From NCBI GenBank assembly GCA_011042725.1, contig DQWD01000337.1:1-57303 (forward strand): 57,303 bases of DNA. The letters are read 5' to 3'. Shown here piece by piece: positions 10,330 through 21,094 of the stretch. Position 1 is the stretch's first letter, and each line of letters starts with the position of its first letter. Origin of the DNA: Candidatus Aminicenantes bacterium (lineage in GTDB: Bacteria; Acidobacteriota; Aminicenantia; Aminicenantales; Aminicenantaceae). The position numbers and the translations under genes are program-made. A model generated the notes under the pieces. It searched no databases. It worked only from the letters and a program-made list of their open reading frames with translations, and was not told the DNA's origin.

Positions 10330-11301
10330 TTATTTATCCTTTGTCTCTTTTTCTTTCCCTTCAACAATCACTTCTCGATTGCCCCCTTTCCTCTTGGCGT
10401 GAAGCAGGGCTTCATCAGCCACTTGAACTAAATTTATGGCTGAATAGTGGGGAAAGGATAAGGATGATGTACCGCCACAACTAATGGTCACTTTTAATAG
10501 TTTCTTTTTGGTGCCGATGGGCCTTTCAGCAATAGCGAGCCTTATCCGCCGGGCGATAAGAGGTAAGATGTCGGGAGGACAATTGGGGATAATCACCAAG
10601 AATTCATCTCCTCCATAGCGGCCAATCTTGTCATATTCCCGGACTGATTTGGTTATCCGTTGAGCGGTTTCAATGAGGACTTCATCGCCCACTAGGTGTC
10701 CCCACGTGTCATTTATTTTCTTGAACTTGTCAATGTCAATCATGATTAGGCCAGTCGGATGGTTATCGCGGCGGCCTCTTTCCACTTCTTCCAGACAAAA
10801 TTGCATGATTTTTTTTCTATTCCAAAGTTTAGTCAAGAAATCAATACTGGCCAGCCTTAACCGGGCTTCTTCCCGCTCAATGATTCTTACTGCTTTTAGA
10901 AGCCGAACCTTAAGCTCTTCAAAGTCAAAAGGCTTGGTGACATAGTCGTCGGCTCCTGCCAAAAATCCTTGGATAATATCCCTCTGCTCATCCCGCCCAG
11001 TAAGCAAAATAATATAAGTATAGTGAGCTTCTTCGTCACTCGTTTTTTCTCTGATTTTTTGACAAAGTTCGACTCCGTTCATTCCGGGCATCATCCAATC
11101 AATTATGGCGAGGTGAATATTTTCTGTCTGGATTTTCTGCCAGGCTTCATTGCCATTTCTGGCCAGTACTGGATCATATCCCCATTCTTTTAAACTGGAA
11201 GCAATTGCTCGAGAAGTAACACTGTCGTCTTCAGCCACTAAAACTTGGAGAGAAGAATTTCCAAAAGCCGGCTTTTGGTTATTGGTCTTGTAAGGTTTCA
11301 A
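10330..11301 (-). CDS. Response-regulator diguanylate cyclase (REC-GGDEF)
   Basis: REC VAEDD...IIDWMMP...DDYVTKPF; [14 protein letters not shown]; I-site REYD; RYGGDEF. Confidence 0.92.
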   Translation of the reverse strand: MKPYKTNNQKPAFGNSSLQVLVAEDDSVTSRAIASSLKEWGYDPVLARNGNEAWQKIQTENIHLAIIDWMMPGMNGVELCQKIREKTSDEEAHYTYIILLTGRDEQRDIIQGFLAGADDYVTKPFDFEELKVRLLKAVRIIEREEARLRLASIDFLTKLWNRKKIMQFCLEEVERGRRDNHPTGLIMIDIDKFKKINDTWGHLVGDEVLIETAQRITKSVREYDKIGRYGGDEFLVIIPNCPPDILPLIARRIRLAIAERPIGTKKKLLKVTISCGGTSSLSFPHYSAINLVQVADEALLHAKRKGGNREVIVEGKEKETKDK

Positions 11302-11786
11302 CTATATTTCCTCTGAAGGATTTCTTTGTTTGATTAATGGCCACATTAAAGCCTTGGACAATTTGTTTTTTTTTGACAACAAAGAATAAAAATCGTGATA
11401 TTTAGCAGAAATCCTAAGCCCCTTTTTAAACCAAGAAGGGCTAATAAGAAATAAACCCACTTTAGGTTTCCATCTCTTTAATAAACCCTTAAATTATTAC
11501 CAGATTGTTAACGGGTTCCCTCTCCAGGTAATGCTTTTTTTTCTTCTTTTAATTCAAATCTAGCTCTTTCTAAACAAATTAATTATATTGAAATAGTAGG
11601 AATAAATCAATAAGTTTTCTCTACCAAGTAATTCAGCTCTTAGCTGTCATTTGCTATTCATTTTTATCTTTGCAAGTTTAATCGGCTATATGACCGGATT
11701 TAGGAAAAATTCTCCTAAATAATTTAATCTCTTTTTCATTGGTTATTGGTGTTTTTTAGTCTATAATAAACATAAAAGTTGAGAAA

Positions 11787-12827
11787 ATGGAGACCACCAG
11801 AAGTATTAACCTCTCGCTAGGAATAGTTGTTATTTTCTTAGCGGGGGTGCTCCTTCGCTTGGCGAAGCCGGTTCTTTTCCCTTTTTTTCTGGCCGTTTTT
11901 TTATCTTATATTTTAACCCCAGTGTTGAGTGGGCTGAAAAAACTTAAGGTTCCCCAATGGCTTTCCATTATTATTGTCTTAGGGGCGGCTTTTTTTATCA
12001 TTTATTTATTAGGCACTCTTTTTTACACGAGCGGGAAAAGTTTCGCCGCTGCTCTCCCGCAGTACAGTCAAAAAGTTGAGACTTTTCTCGCCAAATTGGA
12101 AACTAGATTAAGGATGGCTAAATTAAACTGGGAACTAGTGGATTGGCTAAATAAATTCAATTTAGAGCAGATTGGGAAACTGGTCTTGGCTTCTTTTGGC
12201 CCTTTTTTCTCCTTTATCTCTAATCTTTTCCTTATTTTTCTCTTTTTAGTGTTTATTCTTGCCGAAAGAGAAAGTTTTACTCGTAAAATTGCTCATGCTC
12301 TTCCTCTGGAACGGTCACAAAAGGTTCTGCGGGTTATTAATAATATCAACTTCCAGATTCAAAAATACTTGGCCATTAAAACATTGGTTAGCTTGGTGAC
12401 CGGGGTGTTAGTCACCGTCGTTTTGGTTCTTTTTAACCTTGAATTTGCCATTGTTTTTGGTTTTCTGACTTTTATCTTGAATTATATTCCTAATATTGGC
12501 TCTTTTATTGCCACTTCATTCCCCGTGGCCATGGCTGTTTTTCAGTATGACAGTCTCTGGCCTGCTTTTTGGATTTTAGTTATTCTGATAACCATTCAGA
12601 TGACGATGGGGAATTTTGTTGAACCTCGTCTGATGGGGGAAGGATTGGGATTGAGTCCTTTGGTGGTGATCCTCAGCCTTTTCTTTTGGGGTTGGTTATG
12701 GGGGATTCCCGGGATGATTTTAGCTGTGCCCATTACTGCTATCATTAAAATTGTTTGTTCTAACATTCCTTCGCTTCATTTTCTAGCTGTTGTCATGAGT
12801 AAGGGCAGTGAAGAAACCTTTAGTTAA
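11787..12827 (+). CDS. AI-2E (UPF0118/PerM) family transporter
   Basis: Multi-TM protein; LNYIPNIGS, GNFVEPRLMG, LSPLVV...WGIPGMILAVP. Confidence 0.9.
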   Translation: METTRSINLSLGIVVIFLAGVLLRLAKPVLFPFFLAVFLSYILTPVLSGLKKLKVPQWLSIIIVLGAAFFIIYLLGTLFYTSGKSFAAALPQYSQKVETFLAKLETRLRMAKLNWELVDWLNKFNLEQIGKLVLASFGPFFSFISNLFLIFLFLVFILAERESFTRKIAHALPLERSQKVLRVINNINFQIQKYLAIKTLVSLVTGVLVTVVLVLFNLEFAIVFGFLTFILNYIPNIGSFIATSFPVAMAVFQYDSLWPAFWILVILITIQMTMGNFVEPRLMGEGLGLSPLVVILSLFFWGWLWGIPGMILAVPITAIIKIVCSNIPSLHFLAVVMSKGSEETFS

Positions 12828-13008
12828 AAATAAAGAGATTTGATTTAGAAATAAAAAGAAGCAATAAAGGCTAGTCAGATTTAAGTTGACTTTAAAAGTC
12901 AGTCTTTTGAAGACAAGAGCATCATCGAGTTCCAGAGTTAAACTAGGAAATTTTTCCAACCGAATTTACCAATTTTGTGACTTTAGGATCTTGGCGTTAG
13001 GATTTTTC

Positions 13009-13038
13009 TTTCCTTTCCTTTCCTTTCCTTTCCTTTCC
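13009..13038. repeat. Pentanucleotide simple sequence repeat (TTTCC)6
   Basis: Six perfect units in the intergenic region between convergent genes. Confidence 0.9.
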
Positions 13039-13185
13039 TCATTTAAGTTCTGAAGAAGTTCTTTTTTGAAGAGCGATATGAACATTGAAGGTATTTCATT
13101 TAAGGTAATTGCTATGACGATTAAGCCACTTGTTTTCTTCAGGTCTAAAGGTAAAGGAAGGGAAGAGTAAAGTGATCTAGTCGAT

Positions 13186-13833
13186 TTAGTCGAGGAATAG
13201 TTCTGAGGATAATTTTTTATCGATATTTTCCAGCTGGGTGATAATATATTTCAAATATTCCTTTCCTTTAAAGTTAAGACGCCGGGCGAGAAAGTTGGCC
13301 CGGGCTAAGAGCATTTCGATTACCTGCTTTTTCTCTTGGAGGGTGTAACTTTGGTAGTCATCAGGCACAATGATGTCTCTTTTATACTGGCAAGTGTCGA
13401 GAGTTTGTTGAATTTTTTCAGTCAAAGGGTCGGTTTTAGAAAAGGGCTGGTCAGTTAAAATGATTTTTTTCCCTCCCCTCTCAAGAATCTCTAGCGTTTG
13501 GGTCAAAGCCTTGATTATTTGGTGATCATCAAGGTCTAGCTGAGTTGTGGCCTGCCGGCTTATTTCTTTCTCTACTGACCAAGCAAGCCAGCTCAAACGG
13601 GGGCTTTGAGCTATTGCTTTTTCTAGCTTGTCCAATTTGGCCAGCTCTTCGACATTTTTCTTTAGGTATTTAACTTCCTGGTAATCCTCGTGTTTTTTGA
13701 AAAAGGGACAAGTGGGTGGACAGCGGCCTTCTTTTTCCCTGATTTCTCCACAACAAGGGGAGCATATCCATCCCTCAAAAAGTGGGCACTTCCGCTTCCC
13801 TTTTCTTTTCTGGCACCGCCGACAAAAATTCAT
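13186..13833 (-). CDS. Hypothetical protein with Cys-rich N-terminal (putative Zn-binding) domain
   Basis: CRRC-x8-CP-x6-CSPCCG-x8-CPPTC: 8 Cys in the first 45 aa, followed by a helical domain. Confidence 0.7.
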   Translation of the reverse strand: MNFCRRCQKRKGKRKCPLFEGWICSPCCGEIREKEGRCPPTCPFFKKHEDYQEVKYLKKNVEELAKLDKLEKAIAQSPRLSWLAWSVEKEISRQATTQLDLDDHQIIKALTQTLEILERGGKKIILTDQPFSKTDPLTEKIQQTLDTCQYKRDIIVPDDYQSYTLQEKKQVIEMLLARANFLARRLNFKGKEYLKYIITQLENIDKKLSSELFLD

Positions 13834-14112
13834 TTTTGAATTTGCCTTCCTTATTCTTTCCTTTCCTTATCAGTGCCCATTTATTTTCCTTAATTGCTTT
13901 TCATTTTTCAAGGGAGGAACCTTCTTAATTTTTGTAGTCTAATTTTTTTGTTAATTCCGGTGGGGAAACATCTCTAAAAACGACATGGCCTGGGGAATGG
14001 CCATTAGCTTAAATTATGAATATTGGTTGTGTAGAAAGAAATGAAGACTGATAACCTACTTATTTCTCTATTTTTTCAGGGGCTAGGAAAAAAGGTGGCC
14101 GGCACTATATTA

Positions 14113-14171
14113 GCCGGTAGTCTTGGAAATGCCCCTGGCCAAAATAAGGTGCTTGTCGCCATTTTTCCATC
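14113..14171 (+). repeat. Dispersed diverged intergenic repeat, family C
   Basis: Ungapped manual alignment to 26660-26718 gives 44/59 identity with shared core GCCAAAATAAGG. Confidence 0.65.
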
Positions 14172-14389
14172 GGCTTTTTGGAGGCGATTACTTACGGTGG
14201 TCAAATGTCAACTAAGATGATAATAGGATGATGGTTCACAAAATGATAATCTTATTGGAAGTCTTCTCCCCTTGGCGATCTAGGCCGTTCAAAATCTCCG
14301 GAAGTAAATTGGTTGACTAGTCACGCAATTCTGCAGGGCTTAGCTCAAAAAACGGTCATGGTAAAATTGGACTTGCAGGAAAGCTTGAT

Positions 14390-14728
14390 TTAGCAGGTCA
14401 GGTGAAAGGCCCCGGCCACTAAGACCTGGTTGCTCAAGGAGTTAAATAACTTAACGGCTTCACCTGTTTTGAGGGTATAGAGCTTAATTTTTTCTTTTTG
14501 GCATCGGGCCGCTACTTCTTTAGCCACTCTCATCAAGCCAAAAAAGCCAGTTCCGACAACTAAAGCCTCAATTTGCTCGGTCCAGAGTTCCTCGAGATCA
14601 GCAAGAATTAATTTGTGCCCTGATTTTCTCCACCACGGATGGATTATTTTATGAGGAAGAATAATAAGGTCAGAAGTATAGAGTTGTCCTTGAAGATTAA
14701 GGCGACCGAAAGAATAGTGTTGGATCAT
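14390..14728 (-). CDS. Mth938-like (DUF498/AAMDC) protein
   Basis: YSFGR...YTSDLII, WWRKSGH, VVGTGFFG, C-terminal AFHLTC. Confidence 0.88.
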   Translation of the reverse strand: MIQHYSFGRLNLQGQLYTSDLIILPHKIIHPWWRKSGHKLILADLEELWTEQIEALVVGTGFFGLMRVAKEVAARCQKEKIKLYTLKTGEAVKLFNSLSNQVLVAGAFHLTC

Positions 14729-15477
14729 TCTTTTCTTTTCATTAAGAAGACATCATCAGAGAGTGACTTTATTTTTTTGTCCCAGATTTTTTTCAAAGCT
14801 TTATGAGCTGCTTTTTGTTCAGCTTCTTTCTTCGCATGCCCTTTGGCTTTAGCCAAAAAGTTTGCTCCCAGTTTGACTTCCACCAAAAATAATTTCTTAT
14901 GCTCAGGACCCCGCGTCTCGATTATTTTATACGAGGGGGAGGGGAGGTGATGACGTTGTAAATATTCTTGGAGGGCAGATTTGTAATTTTCTAATTTAAA
15001 ATCGTTGACCTTGATTTTATGGAAGAATTTTTCCAATAAAGGCAGTAGAAAATTCTGGGTTGCCTCAAAACCACCATCTAGATAAATAGCGGCCACGAGG
15101 GCTTCAAAGGCTCCAGCTAGAATACTCTTTTTCTGGTAGCCCTTACTTTTCATTTCTCCTTTACCGAGGAGAATTTTTTTATCCAGGCTGATACTGCGGG
15201 CAAAAGAGGCTAAAGTGTTAGTGCTAGCCGCGGCGGCTTTAAACTTGCTTAGGTCTCCTTCATCAAGGTTTGGATAATTCGCCACTAGGTAATCAGCGAG
15301 GATAAAACCGATAATGGCATCTCCAAGAAATTCATAAACTTCGTTATTTTGATGATAATCGTTTTGGTTTTCGTAGGCATAAGAGCTATGAGTGAGCGCA
15401 GTGAGAAGGTGCTTTTTATCTAGAAAAGAATAGCCAATTTTTTTCTCCAGTCCCTTTATTCGGCGAGCTATGTTCAT
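14725..15477 (-). CDS. rnc: Ribonuclease III
   Basis: ALTHSSY, NEVYEFLGDA, FEALVAAIYLDGG, C-terminal dsRBD YKSALQE...KKEAEQKAA. Confidence 0.95.
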   Translation of the reverse strand: MNIARRIKGLEKKIGYSFLDKKHLLTALTHSSYAYENQNDYHQNNEVYEFLGDAIIGFILADYLVANYPNLDEGDLSKFKAAAASTNTLASFARSISLDKKILLGKGEMKSKGYQKKSILAGAFEALVAAIYLDGGFEATQNFLLPLLEKFFHKIKVNDFKLENYKSALQEYLQRHHLPSPSYKIIETRGPEHKKLFLVEVKLGANFLAKAKGHAKKEAEQKAAHKALKKIWDKKIKSLSDDVFLMKRKE

Positions 15478-15480
15478 TTC

Positions 15481-16773
15481 TTATTTTTTCAAGGCATTAA
15501 AAATTATTCTCCCCCCGACAATGGTCATTATGGCCATGCCTTTTACTACCCAACCATTAAAAGGACAGTTTTTACTTTTGGAAGCAAAGAAGTTGATATC
15601 AATGGTTTGTTTCTTTTGGGGTTGAATTAAAGTTAAATCAGCATCAGCCCCCACGCGAAGATGGCCCTTATTTTTAAGTCCTAAGATCCGAGCTGGATTA
15701 GTCGAAAGAAGCTCGATTAAGCGAGAAAAAGTAATGATTTTTTTCTGAACCAAGCGGTCGAGAAGAACAGGTAGAGCTGATTCCAACCCAATAATTCCGA
15801 AAGGAGCAGCATCAAATTCAGTGTCTTTTTCATCTGGAGCATGAGGGGCGTGGTCAGTAGCGATGACGTCGATGGTTCCGTCTTGCAGAGCTTGGACCAG
15901 GGCTTGGCGGTCTTCTTTGCTTCGAAGAGGAGGATTTACTTTTAAATTAGGATCATAGTCAGCGATCATTTGGTCAGTTAAGAGGAGATGATGAGGAGTA
16001 ACTTCAGCGGTCACCGGAAGATTATTTTCTTTTGCCCACCGGATAAGCTCGAGGCTTCCCCGGCAACTAATATGGGCTAGATGGACCCGGCTGCCGGTTA
16101 GGCGCGCCAGGAGAATATCTCGAGCGACCATAATTTCTTCGGCCGTTGAAGGAATGCCTTTTAAGCCAAGTTTCACTGACCACTGGCCTTCGTGCATGAC
16201 TCCGTTGGCGGCGAGCTCCAGGTCTTCACAATGGTCGATGATTAAGGTAGACAACATTTTGGAATATTCCAAAGCCCGCCGAAAAAGAAGGGAGCTGCTA
16301 ACTGGTTGACCATCATCTGAAAAAGCGATGGCTCCCGCTTCTTTTAGGTCAGCCATGTCAGTTAATTCTTTCCCCTGTGAACCGCGACTTATTGCAGCTA
16401 TAGGCAAGACATTAACTTGGTTTGCTTTCTTCGCTTGGCCCATAATGAATTCAGTAACGCCGCGGTTATCATTAACGGGGTTGGTGTTGGGCATACAAGC
16501 GATGGTGGTGAAGCCTCCTCTTGCGGCGGCTCTGGCCCCAGAAGCGATGGTCTCTTTATATTCAAACCCTGGTTCGCGAAGGTGAACATGCATGTCGATT
16601 AGCCCGGGGGTGACGATGAGGCGGGAGGCATCGATGACCTTGGTCTTGGCTGAATCGATGGTTATCTTAGCTTTTATTTCGGCTATTTGACCATCTTTAA
16701 TTAAGATATCGAGAGTCTCATCAATCCCAGCGGCGGGATCGATTACTCGCCCGTTTTTAATCAGTAGCATCAC
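15481..16773 (-). CDS. pyrC: Dihydroorotase (type I)
   Basis: [38 protein letters not shown]. Confidence 0.95.
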   Translation of the reverse strand: MMLLIKNGRVIDPAAGIDETLDILIKDGQIAEIKAKITIDSAKTKVIDASRLIVTPGLIDMHVHLREPGFEYKETIASGARAAARGGFTTIACMPNTNPVNDNRGVTEFIMGQAKKANQVNVLPIAAISRGSQGKELTDMADLKEAGAIAFSDDGQPVSSSLLFRRALEYSKMLSTLIIDHCEDLELAANGVMHEGQWSVKLGLKGIPSTAEEIMVARDILLARLTGSRVHLAHISCRGSLELIRWAKENNLPVTAEVTPHHLLLTDQMIADYDPNLKVNPPLRSKEDRQALVQALQDGTIDVIATDHAPHAPDEKDTEFDAAPFGIIGLESALPVLLDRLVQKKIITFSRLIELLSTNPARILGLKNKGHLRVGADADLTLIQPQKKQTIDINFFASKSKNCPFNGWVVKGMAIMTIVGGRIIFNALKK

Positions 16774-17695
16774 GGTCTTTTCCTCCTAGTAGAAGATAGA
16801 GAATGGCCATTCTCACGGCTACCCCATTCTCCACTTGTTTAAGAATAACTGAATGAACCGAATCAGCTAGGTCAGCTGATAATTCCACACACCGATTAAT
16901 GGGGCCGGGATGCATGATGATGGCTTCTTTTTTAGCGCGTTTGAAACGTTGAGGAGTCAGAGAAAAATGAGTAATGTATTCACGCAGAGAAGGAAAGAAA
17001 TTCTTCTTTTGTCTTTCGAGCTGGAGGCGAAGCATCATGATTGCGTCAGCTCTTTCAACTGCTTCATCTAAGTTGTAATTGATTTCCATTCCCAAGGACT
17101 TGAACTCAGGAGGAACGAGGGAAGGTGGACCACAGCCAACTACTTTTGCTCCCAATTTACGGAGAAGAATTATGTTGGACCGGGCCACTCGACTGTGCAA
17201 GAGATCACCCACGATGACTATTTTTAAGCCAGAAAAATGTTTTTTTTCTTGGCGAAGGGTGAAGGCATCTAGTAAAGCTTGGGTTGGATGTTCATGGGTG
17301 CCATCTCCAGCATTGATTACGTGAGATTTACAGAACGAACTGATGAAATGTGGGGCGCCAGAGGCTGAATGACGGACAATGAGGGCGTCAATGTTCATCG
17401 CTTCTAGATTCAAAATTGTATCTTTTAGAGATTCGCCTTTAACCACACTGCTGGCCAAAAGATTAAAGTTGAGAATGTCCGCGCTTAATCTTTTGGCGGC
17501 TAACTCAAAAGAGCTTCGGGTTCTTGTGCTTGGTTCAAAGAAAAGATTAACTATAGTTCTTCCCCGGAGAGTGGGGACCTTTTTTATTTCCCGCCGCGAG
17601 ACTTCTAGGAAGGATTCAGCCGTATCGAGGATGGTCATTATTTCTTCAGGGGTGAGTTGGTTGATTCCCAGTAAGTGTTTATGATTAAAGATCAC
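16757..17695 (-). CDS. pyrB: Aspartate carbamoyltransferase catalytic subunit
   Basis: [30 protein letters not shown]. Confidence 0.97.
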   Translation of the reverse strand: MIFNHKHLLGINQLTPEEIMTILDTAESFLEVSRREIKKVPTLRGRTIVNLFFEPSTRTRSSFELAAKRLSADILNFNLLASSVVKGESLKDTILNLEAMNIDALIVRHSASGAPHFISSFCKSHVINAGDGTHEHPTQALLDAFTLRQEKKHFSGLKIVIVGDLLHSRVARSNIILLRKLGAKVVGCGPPSLVPPEFKSLGMEINYNLDEAVERADAIMMLRLQLERQKKNFFPSLREYITHFSLTPQRFKRAKKEAIIMHPGPINRCVELSADLADSVHSVILKQVENGVAVRMAILYLLLGGKDRDATD

Positions 17696-17707
17696 GATGA
17701 TTTTCTC

Positions 17708-18262
17708 CTATTCTATTTCGGTAGGCTCGGTAATTAGAACTTCGTCTACTCCATCAACTTCTTCAAGGTGAACTTGTACCCTTTCTCGCTTTGAAGTGGG
17801 CAAGAATTTTCCTACATAGTCAGCCCGGATGGGCAACTCTCGATGTCCCCGATCGATAAGAACGAGCAATTGGATGGTGCGAGCTCGCCCCAAATCGAAA
17901 AGGCTGTCCATAGCGGCCCGGATAGTCCTTCCGGTAAAAAGAACATCATCGACCAGCAGTACATCCTTGTTATCTATAGAAAAGTCGATTTCGGTTTTTT
18001 GGACCATATGTTGAGCTTCAAGCTCCAAAAAATCATCCCGATAGAGGGTGATATCAAGAACTCCAACCGGGATTTTGACCTTTTCGGCTTGAGCTATTAA
18101 CTGAGCAATCCTTTTGCCTAAGTAAATTCCACGAGTCCGAATGCCGACGATAACCAGATTTTTTAGTTCTCGGTTCCGTTCTAGAATTTCGGTAGACATT
18201 CTCTCCATAGCTCTTTTTATCTTCCGTGCATCCATTACCTTAGCTTTAATCTTTTCTTCCAT
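17708..18262 (-). CDS. pyrR: Bifunctional pyr operon regulator / uracil phosphoribosyltransferase
   Basis: LDITLYRDD, LVDDVLFTGRTIRAA, DRGHRELPIRADYVGK; start placed at ATG 18262 behind SD AAAGGAG. Confidence 0.96.
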   Translation of the reverse strand: MEEKIKAKVMDARKIKRAMERMSTEILERNRELKNLVIVGIRTRGIYLGKRIAQLIAQAEKVKIPVGVLDITLYRDDFLELEAQHMVQKTEIDFSIDNKDVLLVDDVLFTGRTIRAAMDSLFDLGRARTIQLLVLIDRGHRELPIRADYVGKFLPTSKRERVQVHLEEVDGVDEVLITEPTEIE

Positions 18263-18421
18263 ACTAACTCCTTTCATCTGAAAGATAAGATAGGGAAGGA
18301 AGCAAGTCGGTCATTTGCTTATTCAAAATGCCTCATTAGCCTGGAAAAGTCAAGGAAGAAGCCTGAAAGTTTAGAAAGTTTGGAGAAAGCTTGTCGTTTG
18401 AGAGTTTGTTTGAGAGTTTGT

Positions 18422-18457
18422 GGTCGGGCCGTGCCATCTAAAAATAAATAAATTAAG
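18422..18457 (+). repeat. Dispersed intergenic repeat, family B (second copy)
   Basis: GGTCGGGCCGTGCCATCTA...AATAAATAAATTAAG, similar to 5635-5674. Confidence 0.65.
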
Positions 18458-18547
18458 CATAAATTTAGCCGCTAAAAACATCCTTGCTCGCTGTTTTTGG
18501 TCCCCGCAAGCAAATTTTATATTTATCGCCAAAAGCCAAAACGAGAA

Positions 18548-19477
18548 CTAAGCAGGGTTATGATTAAAGTAGTCTTCAGCATCTTGTCTATCTTTCCTGA
18601 TTTGAGAAGCTAGAGCTTCGGCAGTGGGAAATTGTTTTTCGTCTCTCAGTTTATGGTAGAAATGAATTTTCATTTTTTCGCCATAAAGCTTTCCTCGGAA
18701 GTTCAGGAGGTGGCATTCCACTTGGGTTTTGTCTTGGTTGAAAGTGGGGCAACAACCTACATTAGTTAGAGCAGGCCATTTTTGATCCTTCCATTCGACA
18801 ACAGTGATAAATACTCCCTTTAAAAGTAAATGATTATCGGTTTCCAAATTAGCGGTGGGAAATCCGAGTTGATTTCCTCGAGCTTGCCCCGGAATTACTA
18901 CCCCTTCAATGGAGTAAGGACGGCCTAGTAACTGGTTAGCTTTTTCAATCTTTCCTTGACCAAGAAGCTGGCGAATATAGCTGCTACTGACAATTTGGCC
19001 GTTAACATGCAAGGAAGGAATAGTTATGGGTGTAAAGCCCATTTGGGATCCCCATTTTTTTAGAGTCTCTGGAGTTCCTTGTTGTTGGTGACCAAAACGA
19101 AAATTTTCTCCAGTGACGATGATTTTGGCTTTTAAACAACCAAGGAGCACCTGAGAGAGAAAGTTTTCGGCTGAAAGGGAAGCAAATTTTTGGTTGAAAC
19201 GGACAACAATAACCCGCTTGAGGCCTGCTTCAAGTAAAGACTCAACTCTTTGGTTGAGAGTTTGGATGAGCGGGAGTGGCTTTTTGCTGAAAAAGGAATC
19301 TGGATGAGGATCAAAGGTCAGGACAAGAGGAAGATATCCAAATTCTTGGGCGTTGAGCTTGATGTGCTGAATTATTTTTTGGTGGCCAAGGTGAAGGCCA
19401 TCAAAAACACCAATTCCTACTACCGAAGACGATTCAACTTGGGGGCAATCATCAATATCATAGAGGTTTATGACCAT
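18548..19477 (-). CDS. ribF: Bifunctional riboflavin kinase / FAD synthetase
   Basis: GVFDGLHLGHQ, TFDPHP, VSSSYIR, GFPTAN, NVGCCPTF, VECHL. Confidence 0.95.
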   Translation of the reverse strand: MVINLYDIDDCPQVESSSVVGIGVFDGLHLGHQKIIQHIKLNAQEFGYLPLVLTFDPHPDSFFSKKPLPLIQTLNQRVESLLEAGLKRVIVVRFNQKFASLSAENFLSQVLLGCLKAKIIVTGENFRFGHQQQGTPETLKKWGSQMGFTPITIPSLHVNGQIVSSSYIRQLLGQGKIEKANQLLGRPYSIEGVVIPGQARGNQLGFPTANLETDNHLLLKGVFITVVEWKDQKWPALTNVGCCPTFNQDKTQVECHLLNFRGKLYGEKMKIHFYHKLRDEKQFPTAEALASQIRKDRQDAEDYFNHNPA

Positions 19478-19565
19478 TTGTCTTTAATTATCACCAGGAA
19501 ATTTAATTTTTTTCATTTCTCTAATTACTCATGAATTTAAATCATTAAATTTTCGGCAACCAAAA

Positions 19566-19910
19566 TTATAGCTTGATGGCCTTGACTTTTTCCAGATAGG
19601 TCAAACGTAACTGATGGAGACAATTAGATAAGAAACTCTCTTCTTCGGGTTTAAGGTTTCCTTGGGTTCGCTGGTTGAGTAAATCGAGAAGGTCAATGAG
19701 CCTCTTGGCTAACTCCAAGTTTTCGGATGGCTGCTGACTAATGGGGTCTTTAGCTTCACCAAGATTAATTAGTGCCTGGGTATAGAAAGGGAGGACCAAT
19801 GAGCTGAAGTCAAGTGGCGGAATAATTCCGGGAGAATGATTGTTTTCTGGCTTATTCCCCGGTTGCCCAGCTTGTTTCATGGCCTCTTCCTCCTGGTTGG
19901 TTTTCGACAT
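19566..19910 (-). CDS. DUF1844 domain protein
   Basis: LDFSSLV...QALINLG...DP...AKRLIDLL...TQGNL..EE pattern. Confidence 0.8.
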   Translation of the reverse strand: MSKTNQEEEAMKQAGQPGNKPENNHSPGIIPPLDFSSLVLPFYTQALINLGEAKDPISQQPSENLELAKRLIDLLDLLNQRTQGNLKPEEESFLSNCLHQLRLTYLEKVKAIKL

Positions 19911-19988
19911 AAGCTTGGGTTTTCGATAACTATTTAGTAAGATATTCTCTTAAAAATATAGCGAAAGCAGCACAAGATTTCAAGGAAG

Positions 19989-20792
19989 GTGAAGATGGCC
20001 AAACAAAATAATGTCGGGGCAAAATTTGTCAAGTTAGTAAATATTATTCGGAAACTTCGCGAGCCAGGTGGATGTCCTTGGGATCGAGCCCAAGATGAGC
20101 AGTCGCTGCGCAAATATTTTTTGGAAGAAGCCTATGAGGTTTTAGATGCTCTCCACCGAGGAGACAGTCAAGCCCTGAAAGAAGAATTGGGTGACCTGTT
20201 AATGGAGATTGTGTTTTTAGCCCGAGTTTTTGAAGAAAAACAAGAATTGTCCATCGGCGATGCTTTAGAAAGTATTAATGACAAAATGGTCAAGCGTCAT
20301 CCCCATGTTTTTGGGGCTAAGCGCTTGAGGAAAGCAGATGAAGTAAAGGAACAATGGTCTAGGATTAAACTCCAAGCCGCAAAAGCTAGAAAGGAGGACT
20401 CTCTTTTAGCCAGTCTGCCTCGGGTGGTCCCCGCTCTTCATGAAGCTTATGAAATTGGCCGTCGAGTAAGCCAGGTGGGTTTTGATTGGTCTTTACCTGA
20501 GGATGTCTTGGCCAAAATTGAAGAGGAATACCAAGAGTTAAAGAAGGCGATGAAAGTTAAAGATAAGGAGAAGATAGAAGAAGAAATAGGTGATTTTCTT
20601 TTCTCTATCACTAACTTGGCCCGCCATTTAGAAATTAATCCCGAGCTGGCGCTCCAAAAGACAAATCACAAGTTTAAGAAAAGATTTAATTGGGTAGAAA
20701 AAACTCTTCACCACCAGGGAAAAAATTGGGAAGACACCAATCTCCAGGAGATGGACTCTCTTTGGGACGAAGCAAAAAAGATTATTAAATAA
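19989..20792 (+). CDS. mazG: Nucleoside triphosphate pyrophosphohydrolase MazG
   Basis: LREPGGCPWD, EEAYEV, EELGDLL, KMVKRHPHVF, second domain EEIGDFLF. Confidence 0.95.
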   Translation: MKMAKQNNVGAKFVKLVNIIRKLREPGGCPWDRAQDEQSLRKYFLEEAYEVLDALHRGDSQALKEELGDLLMEIVFLARVFEEKQELSIGDALESINDKMVKRHPHVFGAKRLRKADEVKEQWSRIKLQAAKARKEDSLLASLPRVVPALHEAYEIGRRVSQVGFDWSLPEDVLAKIEEEYQELKKAMKVKDKEKIEEEIGDFLFSITNLARHLEINPELALQKTNHKFKKRFNWVEKTLHHQGKNWEDTNLQEMDSLWDEAKKIIK

Positions 20793-21094
20793 AAACCTTT
20801 ATGTATTAATAATCAGTGTTAGATGCTAGAAATTAATAAAGCATTTTAGGGGAAGAATTAGGCGGAGATTGAGATTTGACTCTAAAGATCTATAGAAAAA
20901 ATGCATGATGCCTTACCCAAGCATAATTCAAAACAATAGCGACTACTTAGCGTCATTAGTTTTTGGGGTTTATTATGAATTCAGAACGAAAATACTGGTG
21001 AGCGCGACTGCTTTCAACTTGTTGTTTAAGATATTACTATCTTTTGTGGTCGTCAGCCAGACCAAGATGGCTAACTCTCTTGGTGTTTGAAAAG

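Noticed and set aside
11302-11786. c-di-GMP riboswitch or sigma54 promoter upstream of the cyclase operon
   Set aside because: No GEMM consensus or TGGCAC-N5-TTGC was found by eye; only weak hairpins.
12887-12901. Palindrome TGACTTT-A-AAAGTCA as an operator
   Set aside because: It lies between convergent genes with no promoter to regulate, and occurs once.
13009-13038. (TTTCC)6 as a phase-variation switch
   Set aside because: It lies between convergent 3' ends; the only ORF I found through it is about 19 codons.
20905-21090. 61-aa ORF between mazG and prfB
   Set aside because: No SD or motifs; likely spurious.
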